64,000 nt of DNA from Octopus sinensis (lineage: Eukaryota): positions 160,828,001 to 160,892,000 of the forward strand of contig NC_043000.1 of assembly GCF_006345805.1 (NCBI RefSeq), written 5' to 3'. Shown here one piece after another: positions 38,544 to 50,018 of the stretch. The notes under the pieces were generated by a model. That model was given only the letters and a program-made list of their open reading frames with translations, had not been told where the DNA came from and did no database searches. Every line of letters begins with the position of its first letter. Within the stretch, counting starts at the first letter, position 1. Made by a program: the position numbers and the translations under genes.

Positions 38544-39818
38544 CGAGGGACGTTCAATAAGTAATGCCTCTGACCCACTTGCAGTTGTTTGATCTAGCTG
38601 AAATTTTGCATGTGCAATCATTTATATCTCTATAGAGTAAGTGGCAATTAATTGTGGTTTCTGATTTACAGGTGTTTGAACCGAGTCAAGTGTGAAATGG
38701 AGCCTGTTGAGTGTCGAGCAGTGATCCGGTTTTTGTATTTGAAAGGAAGCACACCACGGGAGACTTTTGATGAAATGAAAGTAACTTATGGTGATGATGC
38801 CCCATCATATGACCTTGTAAAACGCTGGCATCGTGAATTCAAACATGGTCGGAACTCTGTGGAAACAGCTCCCAGATCTGGTCGCCCCCTTCTGCCATTG
38901 ATGAGGCATCTGTCCATCAAGTTGAGGCCGCCATTTTGGAAGATCGACGCATAATTATTCGTCAAATAGCCCATGAGGTCAAGATTAGTACCGGGTCTGT
39001 GGAAACTATCATTCATGACCATTTGCATATGCAAAAGGTGTCTGCCAGATGGATCCCAGGTGCTCACCACCTTTCCAGAAGCAAGAACGCGTTGAGTGCT
39101 CGAGGGTGAATTTGGAGATGTGCCAAGAAGATGAGTCAAAATTTTTCAAAAGACTGACTACACAGGATGAAACCTGGGTCCATCACGATGATCCAAAGAC
39201 CAAAGCCCAGTCAATGCAGTGGAAGCACCGTGACTCACCCCCTCCAAAGAAGACAAAGGTGCAGCCCTCCGCTGGCAAAGTCATGCTCACAGTCTTCTGG
39301 GACCAGGACGGAGTAGTGATGACAGATTTCCTGGCAAAGGGTACCACAATTGCAGGAGCCTATTATGCTTCACTTTTGAGGAAATTAAGAGAAGTTTTCA
39401 AAATCAAGAGGCGGGGCAAGATCAGCAAAGGCATCCTCCTCCTGCAGGACAACGCTCCGGTCCACAACTCGCTTGTCGCCAGATCAGAAGCACAGGCGTA
39501 TGACTATGAACTCCTCCCCATCCCCCTTCTTTCCTGACCCTCCCTGCCTCTCTGATTTTCACCTCTTCCCAATCATGAAGTTGTTTTTGAAAGGAAGCGT
39601 TTCCCAGATGATGCAGCTTGATTTCTGAAGTCACGTGAGGTTGGAGGACCAAGCTGGGTTCTTCTACAAAAACGGTCTCCAGAGCCGCATCAAACGATGG
39701 GAGAAATGCGTAACTCTGGGTGGTTCCTATGTAGAAAAAGACTAATAACTGTGCCAAGTTTCGTTGCTCTACTGCATTGGGAAGTGGGTCAGGGGCATTA
39801 CTTATTGAACGCTCCTCG
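38544..39818 (+). mobile_element. Full-length mariner (DD34D, irritans-like), 1275 bp, 37-bp TIRs, TA target duplication
   Basis: TIRs 38544-38580 and 39782-39818 match at 34/37; TA at 38542-43 and 39819-20. Confidence 0.95.
38697..39745 (+). pseudogene. Mariner transposase, frameshifted
   Basis: MEPVECRAVIRFL...PRSGRP, KVSARWIP, TQDETWVH, LQDNAPVH, SDFHLFP (D,D34D triad); several frameshifts (about 38890, 39060, 39525, 39595). Confidence 0.92.
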
Positions 39819-40967
39819 TATTTCCGACAGTACATCATGTGTCACGCAAAAGTCTATAACGTGGCAATGAAATTGCCCGTGGCATAGGCTCGTTACCAAT
39901 CAAGGAAAGAAATTTACAGTCCACATTTGGTTGTTAAATTGTAATCATCATTATAATCAAATCGTATTACAACATTTTACTAACATGTTAAAGTGGTGTG
40001 AATGGTGGAGTGCCAACTGGTTGCAGTGCAGCATTAAGTTACATTTCTCACTTTGGTGATTTTAAATTCCATTGTCACCAAATTTCCTTTCGTTCCTGAA
40101 AAGTACATAAAAATCTGTGTCCTGTATTTTCAATTACAATATTTTTAATTACAAATTTGCAGTAGCGCATCATATGCAAATAGATATTAGTACATTAAGA
40201 TATAATAAACTACGTGACACGATTTGGTAAATGTAAGAAACGAAGAAGACTTTAAAACGAAATATACGGATATTATTTTGTATTCCCTGCCTTAAGATCA
40301 TAAAACCATTAATGATCTACTGAGTACTACTATGGGCTAACAAAATGCCTGCTAAGAGACATGAAGCAGTATATCTCCAGTGACTCCTATAACTTATATT
40401 AGTTAGTAAGAGAGGCATCTCCAAAGTTGTTTCAGCGTTCTCATGACCTCAGCATAGACATTTCAACTTCTATGTAATTGATGCAGTTGTAACAAGAGAA
40501 TCATTAAAAAGGTATCCACTGGTTGTTTTTAGAACGAAATACTTTTTAGGAAGTAAATAAATGAGAGACGCCAACAGCCAGAAAATACAGTGTTAAGTTA
40601 GTGTTAACATATTTATCACATGGGTTATTGATTGCTATGCTGAAGTAAGGTTACGATGAGAAACAGCAATAATTAATATTCATCAAGTGATTTTAGGTTC
40701 CATTATTTTTTCCGCTATGAAGATAGGAGAGATGACGTAAGACTTGGTAAGAAAGGTTTGTTGCCGTCAGGACTACAGGACTAGAAGCAGCGGGTTTCAG
40801 AAACCATGCTGAACAAACAGGACTGTTCTTTCAACGTTTTCATGAACAATATTTTGGTACGAAGAAATCAGGATTTTACACAATTAAAAGTGTTAAAAAT
40901 CCTGGTGATAACACATCACGTTTGGTGTGGAGGTTATAATGCAAACATATTGGTATCATATTTTAGT

Positions 40968-41152
40968 ATAAGGCCAATGATTTCACGTGAGTGGGTAAGT
41001 CGATTACATCGAACCCAATACTTAACTGCTACAGATTTTATCGACCCGAAAGGATGAAATGCATATACAAACTCGGTGGTATTTGGACTCAGAACGAAAT
41101 GCCGCTAAGCATTTTGCCCGACGTGCTAAAGATTCTGCGAGCTTGCCGCCTT
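40968..41152 (-). mobile_element. SINE family B
   Basis: Reverse complement begins AAGGCGGCAAGCTCGCAGAATCTTTAGCACGTCGGGCAAAATGCTTAGCGGC; contains the tttcatcctttcgggtcgataaaa core. Confidence 0.8.
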
Positions 41153-42173
41153 ACAAAGCAATCAAATTTACAAGGCTTGTAGCTTTTCCTACTAATTCTC
41201 AAGACGTTAATGAACGGGGTTGATATAGAATACATTTTACTCCTTTTCTGTTTCAGGTGTACTGAGTAAGGGACATTAGTCAAAGAGTGTAGATCTGATC
41301 GAGGCCAATGTTCTCCTTCATTCGCTCGAGTCGATAATACTATATAATATACTAAGTTGATACTAATGACAATAACACCTTTAACCAATTGGCTTTGTGT
41401 CAAATATATCAATAGTAACTACGCATTTTCAAGTTATTCCTGCGGTCTACGCTTTACAGTCAGTTGGTTAAGATGATATATGAAATATATTGTGATTCAA
41501 CCATTCAGTATAAAGTATAATAAACTGAAATACTTTAGCAAAATGGCTTTCATCATTCTTTTTCTGTTCATTTATCTGTATTACTAGAAGGAAATTAAAG
41601 CTTGTCAACCGACTCGTAGGTATAGATATATAAATTATGATGTTGAAGCTGACATTCTTAAAGGATGTAAATGTCGTTATGATCAAAGACAACGGTGAAC
41701 ATAATCCTTCGTTATGGATCAAACATTACCAATTTGTCTTTGAAAATGGGAGTCGTCAGATACGAATGTTATTAGGATGAAATACTCATTCGCTGCAATT
41801 ATCAAGTTAACATTTATGCACAAATGGTTCTAAGGCTAAAAAAGGAAAAGCGAAACTTTAAAGCAAAAAATTCTTCAGATTTGTGTTAGAAAGGAAATTA
41901 CTTTTTTGACTTTCAAACCTTAAACTGAGAGTAAATGTAAAGTGGAATGGATGCACTCAGGAATCGAGCACATATGGATGTGAAGTTTAATGTGATTGAA
42001 AGCATATATCTTATACAAAGTACAGATTATATGAGGAGAGGTTAGTTATACCTAGGTAAATTGTAAATATGTTAATATATGCGTGAATGCTTGTGATTTT
42101 CCGATACACGCATAAATAGAATACAAATATGTACAAAAACTCATCTCCGAGACTTTTCTTCTACACCATTTTT

Positions 42174-42201
42174 CTGATGAAGGACTATTGTCAGAAACGT
42201 C
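42174..42201 (+). ncRNA. Hammerhead-like motif with canonical core and GUC site, weak stem I
   Basis: CTGATGA-A-GGAC(tatt)GTCA-GAA-ACGT-C; about 55 nt downstream the sequence runs into (CATA)n. Confidence 0.6.
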
Positions 42202-42255
42202 GATTCTCATCCTTTTTGTGTTGTCTGCAATACTTACTTTTGAGTTCTATGCTTA

Positions 42256-42417
42256 CACACATACATACATACATACACACATACATACATACGTACATAC
42301 ATACATACATACGTACATACATACATATATGCATACATATATACATGCATACATACATACATACATACATATATACATACATACATATATGCATACATAC
42401 ATACATACATGCATACA

Positions 42418-42451
<34 letters not shown>

Positions 42452-42572
42452 CATACATACATATATGCATACATACATACATGCACACATATATACATAC
42501 ATATATATACATGCATGCATACATATATACATGCATACATATATGCATACATACATACATACATACATATAT
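42256..42572. repeat. (CATA)n microsatellite (further tracts at 43400-43560 and 43680-43905)
   Basis: Directly visible. Confidence 0.95.
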
Positions 42573-42619
42573 AACCCACAAAAGTCGCACGACTCTACCG
42601 CAACATGGATATGTTAGTA

Positions 42620-43270
42620 GAAAGCTCCGAGATGATAGTAACACTGTCCATCTAAGCAGTTTATCGAGGACCAACAACCTGATTACAGGTGTGCGTTTGC
42701 AATCCAGGAATAGGAAATATCAACCGAATGCACAAAAGAGACGGAGAAGCAGGAAAAGCAGTCAAATGTGGCAACCGATGCAGACTTTGTGGAGTTAGTA
42801 TTCATGATCTCATCCACTTCCTAAGCATTTCTCCTAAAATGTCATAACAGTATTATCTGTGGATGAGACATGATGTTGTAGCTAAGACACTGTATAACGA
42901 GATCCGTCAAAAAGATAATCCTGAGGACATCGACATCAGAAACTACAGTTTGGTGGAATGTTCCTGTGAAAACTTCAATGAAATAGAAACACTATTAACC
43001 TGATATAATGATTTTGATAGAGAATAGAAACAGTGTAAAGTTGTGGGAATCAGTTGCCCAGCAGATGTTAACAGAGCTGAATACTAGTGAAAAAGAGAAC
43101 ACCTACGCTATTGAGAAATCTGCATCCAGATTACAAGTCCAGGTTCACCTGTAATTATAGGGGCATTAGGATATGTAACACACTGCCTAAATAACAGAAA
43201 ACTGATTCCAAGACTAAAGAACCAAACCATCACCGGAACTGTAAACATTGGTAAAACTTTCCAGTTTATT
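42620..43270 (+). mobile_element. Second RLE-type (R4/Dong-like) LINE 3' fragment
   Basis: RCRLCG....LIHF...PKMS*QYYLWMRHDVVAKTLYNEIRQKDNPE, WWNVPVKT, PDIMI, CKVVGISCPADVN, PVIIGALGYV. Confidence 0.8.
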
Positions 43271-43570
43271 ATTTTAGTATACATGAGCACGTCTAGATAT
43301 GCAAGTATGTAGATGAGAAGATATACATAGAACAAAACATCCAAATCTGCCTACATACATACATATAAACATAGAAAAAAAACACACAAATCTGCACGTA
43401 TACATACATATATACATAGAACATAACATACAAATCTGCAGGTATACATATATACATTTATTCATTCATTCATACATGCATACATACATACATACATACA
43501 TACATACATACATACAAACATACATACATACATACATACATACATAAATACATACATACATATATATATA

Positions 43571-43681
43571 AAAAATACCCTGTTGTACATGTTGAAATTC
43601 CAATGAAGAAGCTTTCGATCTCGGTTAGAAATCGGTTCTTTCTCTATTGGCAAGAAATTTTGAATTAAACTGAATAACGCC
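43571..43681 (+). mobile_element. Short (about 110 bp) PLE-terminus-like insert inside a (CATA)n/(TA)n array
   Basis: Unique sequence bounded on both sides by microsatellite; contains GAAG-CTTTCGA-...-GAA-ATCGGT-T-CTTT, a loose hammerhead-like arrangement. Confidence 0.4.
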
Positions 43682-44544
43682 ATACATACATACATGCATG
43701 CATACATACATACATACATACATACATACATACAATCATACATACATACATGCATACATACATACATACATTCATGCAGACATACATACATATATGCAGA
43801 CATACATACATACATACATGCATACATACATACATACATACATGCAGACATACATACATACATGCAGACATACATACATACATACATACATACAATCATA
43901 CATACTAATACACAAACAGAAAGTGAGAGGCAGACAGAAAGAGATTAATCGAATGAGAGAAAGATAGAGAAGAGAAGTGTAACTAATTTTTCGTCGGGGT
44001 AGATATGGTTTACATGCTTATTAAACATCTACCTGACGTATTCGATTACACATACGGCGCCGACTAAAACTTGTGCTGTTACAAAAGCAGATAAATTCTC
44101 TCGTAATCCAAATCAATGCCGTGTTGCTCATTAATAATTAATTGAGCTATCCACCAGAAAAATGTCTATTTAAGCAAATCGGATTTACCAGTTTTGTGAA
44201 ATCCCGATAGGATTGACAAAATACACAATTACTCCAGGAAGAGAAGACTGAACGCTGTTTCTAATGAGTTGTCCAAAATTAGAACCCCACGTGTCAGATC
44301 GATTATCTTCTAGTCTGTCTCAGAATAGATTTTACAGTCATTTGCTAAGTTTTGCTTACATTTTCTCCAAAGTATTCCATTATACATACATCACCATGCA
44401 TTTCATAATATATATTACCAAATCCGAAACATACGTATTAGTTGAATTCAAAATATTACTATTCGATTTGATTTCATTACAGCAACTTATATGACTCGAA
44501 ACCGGCACAGATTAGCCGGTGTAGACTAACTCACATCTTTATCT

Positions 44545-44567
44545 ATATCTGTCTATCTATCTGTCTG

Positions 44568-44644
<77 letters not shown>

Positions 44645-44710
44645 ATCTATCTGTCTGTCTGTCTATTTATCTATCTATCTATATATTTATATATATGCCA
44701 CATATATATT

Positions 44711-44764
<54 letters not shown>

Positions 44765-44800
44765 TATATATATATATATATAATATATATATATATATGT
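44545..44800. repeat. (TCTA)n followed by (TA)n microsatellite
   Basis: Directly visible. Confidence 0.95.
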
Positions 44801-44860
44801 ATGTATGTGTGTATGTGTGTGTGTTCGCGTATGTCTGTATGTTACATATATAATATATAT

Positions 44861-45090
44861 AGTGACGTATTTTTGCCATTCAATATGGCTAACCCTAAGG
44901 GTGGATGCTACTGTAGTTTTTAGCCCCAGGAGGACACACCCTCCAGCTGGCCATAGACACACTATCTGTGTCCTGCCAGTATTTGCAAAGGGAAGTCATC
45001 CTTCCCGTCTTCAACTTATGATACACACGGACTCGAGTTTCGAGGTATTGACCTCTCGTCAGCGTGTGACAATCATAGTTGTCGCCTAGA
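44861..45090 (-). mobile_element. Hammerhead-bearing structured short element (retrozyme-like or solo PLE pLTR)
   Basis: Hammerhead at its 5' part, four hairpins downstream, 3' end abutting (TA)n; diverged relative at 46530-46720. Confidence 0.7.
45024..45068 (-). ncRNA. Canonical minimal hammerhead ribozyme (palindromic stem III, GUC cleavage site)
   Basis: CACACG-CTGACGA-GAGGT(CAAT)ACCTC-GAA-ACTCGAGT-C-CGTGTG: 6-bp stem I, 5-bp stem II, all core nucleotides present, predicted cleavage 3' of the C at 45030. Activity not tested. Confidence 0.88.
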
Positions 45091-46129
45091 ATTAGATTTC
45101 CTTCACAAATACTTATACTTTTTCCAGCGCCCACTGTCGCTGATATTGAAAAAGTGAAATCAAACAATGATAAATATCAAAGTGAGTTATATACGAGCAA
45201 AACGCCTCCCCACCCCGTCCAATGGACGGTGCTGAGTTGTCAAACATTTAAACCAAATTTTCTCAAAACAATTTGTCCGACCGCCCCATAGGCCTCTCGT
45301 TTGAGAAATACTGATTTCACCTAAATTTGAGACACCAGCAAAAGAAGAAATAAAGATAGACTTTTTTCTATTCCAAAAAAAAACGATTTCATTCTCACAA
45401 ATATGCAACCGAAGAGTTTAAAGTACCAGTAATGATAAGGCTGTTGACTGGGAGAACACAAACATGGTTTAAACAATAAGCTTGGAAGGAAAGAAACATG
45501 CCTTTAAGCAGTACAAAAGCAACAAAAAATGGAAGGTGCTGTTATGTACAGGTTGACAGATGAAAAGCAGGACAAAAACGATGCATGCAAATGAGTTAGG
45601 TGGAGGTAAATCTAGGTGGAAAAGCATGATGAATTTATGATAGGAATCTGGGACAATAATAAGTAGAGGTGGTTATAAAACCAGAATTCCATTGCATTTA
45701 ACATGTCACGATATCACCTTCAACTGAATACCTACGCTTGCTTGAATAAGATCAATTTGAAAACGTCGTGTGTGATGGACCCTTGATGAAATCGCAGTGA
45801 AAAGGATGCATAATTGCATAGAAAGAAATGCGCAGTCGCTGCAGCCGTATCAAGTAGGTCAGTGTTATATATGCAGTTGAAAACCTTTAATTAAAACGTT
45901 GTGGATGTGAATAAATCTCTGTTCGCCTCTTCGTTATGAATAATGTGCTCGTGTGTGTGTGGGTGTGTGTGTGTGTGTGTGTCTGCGTGTGTGTATGCAA
46001 AATGTAAACAAACAAACAGTTGCTTTAATTAGAAGCATCGAAATGTGTATTGTAAGGGGAACTTACCCAGTATTTCTGCTCTTCTAACGCCAACTCAGCG
46101 TACAAAAAAGATATCATCTTATTTGTATC

Positions 46130-46193
<64 letters not shown>

Positions 46194-46482
46194 TTATAAT
46201 TTCGGGTTTCTAAGAGATACCTCCACGCTGGAAATAGCAGCCAAAACATGACTCTAAAACCACATTAAATGTTATTTGCTAGCTCATCTTGTCCTTTTGT
46301 CTTCTCTCCTGGTGGGACTCGTAAGTATAGATATATAACTATGATGGTGAAATTCTTAGATACCCTAAATTATAAATTTAATAATAATTATTACCTTTGA
46401 AGGTATGTGTTCCCATGCTGGTAACGTGATAAGATCGATCATTAAATTAACGATCTTATCCTTATTTATATAGATTTATATA

Positions 46483-46522
<40 letters not shown>

Positions 46523-46529
46523 AGCAGTT

Positions 46530-46720
46530 GTATACAGTCAACTTGACGTGACAGTCCCATAAAGGGAATCACACTACCGTTATTTAGCCCTAGGAAGCAT
46601 CAACGCTTCCTGTCGGCCTTGACACATTTCCTGTGTCCGTATGTTTAGAAAGGGTAGACATGCATCCCCATCCAGCTAAGCATGCACCCAGAGACATGTT
46701 CGTCATCAATCTGGAGTAGC
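46530..46720 (-). mobile_element. Diverged relative of the 44861-45090 element with a collapsed hammerhead
   Basis: Shared body motifs (ctac.gt..tttagccc.agga, ggcc.t.gacaca...ctgtgtcc, aaaggg). 46688-46714 reads CCAGA-TTGATGA-C-GA-ACATGT-C-TCTGG on the minus strand (stem II lost). Confidence 0.6.
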
Positions 46721-47188
46721 ATGGCCTGCTAGCTGAAGATACCAGTCTAGACTTTGTAAACATAAAGATATATATATGATTTCAGTGAAGTAAATTCACG
46801 GATCACCAAAAATAGACATATTAAATTTCTAAATATCTCAGAGAGATATAAGCATATAATTTACTTAAAAAATAATTGTAATAATTAAAAAATAAAACAT
46901 ACATACATACATACATACATACATACATACATACATACATACATACATACATACATACATACATACATACACACTGACTCCCAGACAGAAGATAAACTGT
47001 TTTTATTTAAAATTTTTTAAAATCTTTACTAATATTTGATGAGATTCATCATGAAAAACGTAATATTCAGTATTTTCCTTATAGAGATTTTAAATGTTTT
47101 TATCGTATTCCTTCTAATTTGAGATATCTTAGATTTACTACTGTGCTATTTCCCCATCTATATTTTATATATATATATATATATATTA

Positions 47189-47326
47189 TTTATTATAAAA
47201 GCTAAAAAATATTCACAGAACTGTTACTCAGATTTTCAGGCTCCCGTTCGTCAAAACTGTGCGCCGAATGGGAACGTTAAACTCTGAGTAACAGTTCTGT
47301 GAATATTTTGCAGGTTTTATAATAAA
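47189..47326. repeat. Foldback hairpin (perfect 27-bp core arms) made of two degenerate hammerhead-like halves
   Basis: 47206-47232 is the exact reverse complement of 47283-47309; pairing extends imperfectly to 47189/47326; adjacent to (TA)n. Confidence 0.85.
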
Positions 47327-48252
47327 GCGCATCGGGTATTCGAGTACTATTTTTTTTACATTGTTTTGCACTTATATGCCTGTCTGTATATATATAAAAA
47401 CGTACACACACACACACACCACACACACACACACCACACACATATATATATATATATATATACGTATATAATTATATATAAACATTTTCACTCAACCGTG
47501 TCGGCCAACTTTGTAGGTGAAAAATATACTGTCACGTGACACTAACGCACGGAAATGTACTAAAACTTATAAACTTAATTATTTGTCTAATCTCTACAAA
47601 CACTTCACAGAAAACATTCAGAGCATTGATTTTTGAACTTGTTCTGTCAACCGAGACAGCCTTAACTTTCGATGCCAAACATTGTTACTTAATACTAACC
47701 CACGGACGTAGCGGGGAACCTACAGAAATTTCTAAGACCAATTGTTTGAGTATCCTTTACTAATCAAATCCTATTCAAAACATAATAATTTGAGCCATAT
47801 AAAACCAGGGCAGACTTCAAACGCAAGACAGCTGCAACATAAGCCACGTCTTTCAATTTGAACTTTTAGAAAACCAGTGTAGACTGTGAAACCGATTAAA
47901 GCTTCAAATATTTATTCTCAGTGCATATTCAACTTCTAATTCTCCTATATATATATATGAGTGTGTGTGTGTGTAAAATATCGCTTTTGCATGCTGGGAG
48001 AGAAGATTTCATCGACTATATTTAAGATATTATCTGTCGATTGTATAATGCTTAGTTTTTCAGTAATACACAGTTCACATTTGGTATCACACCCTCTGTA
48101 TTTTTGGGCTTTAACAATAATTTTGCTGTCTATTTGGAGGTTGGTTATTCTACCTTATTTCAATATCCATATTTGACGAGGATGGTGCATGTTTTGTTTC
48201 TATTTTTATCTCTGAATTATACTAGTTTTTGTGTATAAAATCCCTTGAACGA

Positions 48253-48355
48253 GTTGCTTGTCATTCCGACAGACACCCTTGCTACTCCGTTTGGGTCCGT
48301 AAGGGAAATGGCTGTCTGCTGATTTGTAGAATTCCGTAGCTATGTTTTATATACA

Positions 48356-48360
<5 letters not shown>
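48253..48360. repeat. Dispersed repeat of about 108 bp, inverted partner at 50145-50252
   Basis: cagccatttcccttacggacccaaacgg..tagcaa.gg shared in opposite orientations (about 80% identity), each abutting (TA)n on its inner side. Confidence 0.8.
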
Positions 48361-48441
<81 letters not shown>

Positions 48442-48619
48442 GTTTTTTTATATACTCAGTTATAATAACGCACTTCCTTATTCTGATGGGCTACTTCATA
48501 TTTTCGTAGAGTACAAATGTATTATTCTTAAACAAGACTATTATTCACAGTGATATCGAAGTTTCGGCCAGCTAAGCCATCGTCGAGAAAAAAAATATTA
48601 TTTAGTATAACTTTTGTAC

Positions 48620-48871
48620 GTGGAGGCGCGTGGCTTATTGATTAGGGTGTCAGCATCATGATCGTAGGATTGTGGTTTCGATTCCTCAACCGAGCGACGC
48701 GTTGTGTTCTTGAGCAAAACACTTCATTTCACGTTGCTCCAGTCCACTCAGCTGGCAAAAAGGAGTAACCCTGTAATGGTCTGGCGTCCTGTCCAGCTGG
48801 GGAACACATACGCCATTGAAACCAGGAAACCGGGCCCATGAGCCTGGCTAGGCTTTAAAAGGGCACATTTA
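48620..48871 (+). mobile_element. tRNA-derived SINE, family E (head related to family C)
   Basis: GTGGAGGCGCGTGGCTTA (A box), GGTTTCGATTCC (B box), central gttgtgttcttgagcaaaacacttcatttcac and tggtctggcgtcctgtccag motifs. Confidence 0.85.
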
Positions 48872-49134
48872 TATATTTTTTATAGCCTTTGTACAGGTGT
48901 GATGTCATAACACATGATTAATACACCCCGTGTTTTAACTTCCGTGGCAAGTGAATAATTCTCTTCGTGACGCACGGCCCATCATAAGCTTTAGTATATG
49001 CTTCATATGTAACTCACATTAGAAGCTCAGACGAATATTTTATGGAAATAATACAAATATTTTGTAATATATTAGTTAATTGATCTCATAATGAGCCATG
49101 CATATCCTGATGTGTGTACGTGCGTGCGTATATA

Positions 49135-49196
<62 letters not shown>

Positions 49197-49887
49197 TCAG
49201 TATGATTTTAAGGTAAAAAGAATAAATATGCATGAAGAAAGTAGATTAAGTTCTTACAGAAGCTCTCTGAATGCCTAAGTTACATTTTCAGGGAAAATAC
49301 ATGAATATTTAGCCTACAGTATTTCGTTTCGTCTCTTTACATGCTGGAGTTGGTAAATTAATTCTCAGCATCATTCTGTGTTAGATACAACTCATCATGT
49401 CCCTCCACGAAAGCGTGGGGCATTGTAATTATAATACAACTCATTATTTCTTATTACGTTAAATTTGGGAATGTTGAATTTCCCATAGATATTTCATCCT
49501 AAATAGACTCTGTGAGCATTAGTATGTTAAAGATTTCTGTTCAGAAAGATACGCGTACTATAAATAGCAATAGTTTTCCTATTACATCGCGTCGGTTAAC
49601 ATTTCCAGTTACTTTCTATTATTTTAGTATAACATTGAAACGAATACTTTAAAGCAACAGTAAATTTAGCAAATGAACGGGGATGACTTGGTGAAGTTAA
49701 CACGATCAATGCTGAGTAAGAAAATTTTCTAGAAGTAAGATACATGCTCGATACGAAAGTTCCAGAAAATTTTAATTTATATCTAAGATGCCTTTTATAA
49801 TAAGAGAAACAGGAATCGGCAATGACTGGTAAGTTTCACAGAAGGAATAATTAAAAGAAGAGAAACGAAGTATAAAATATATATATA

Positions 49888-49933
<46 letters not shown>

Positions 49934-49941
49934 ATATATAC

Positions 49942-50018
49942 ATATTATAGAGGGTACTTTATTCATAGGTACCGCACGCTAGGAGGTACCTATGAATAAT
50001 AGTACCCTCTATATAATA
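49942..50018. repeat. Near-perfect hairpin (about 30-bp arms, 11-nt loop) at a (TA)n junction
   Basis: tagagggtactttattcataggtacc / ggtacctatgaataatagtaccctcta, one indel. Confidence 0.85.

Noticed and set aside
40869-40904. Small hairpins (also 16274-16303 and 46428-46461)
   Set aside because: 10-13 bp AT-rich stems are expected by chance; no associated family or motif.
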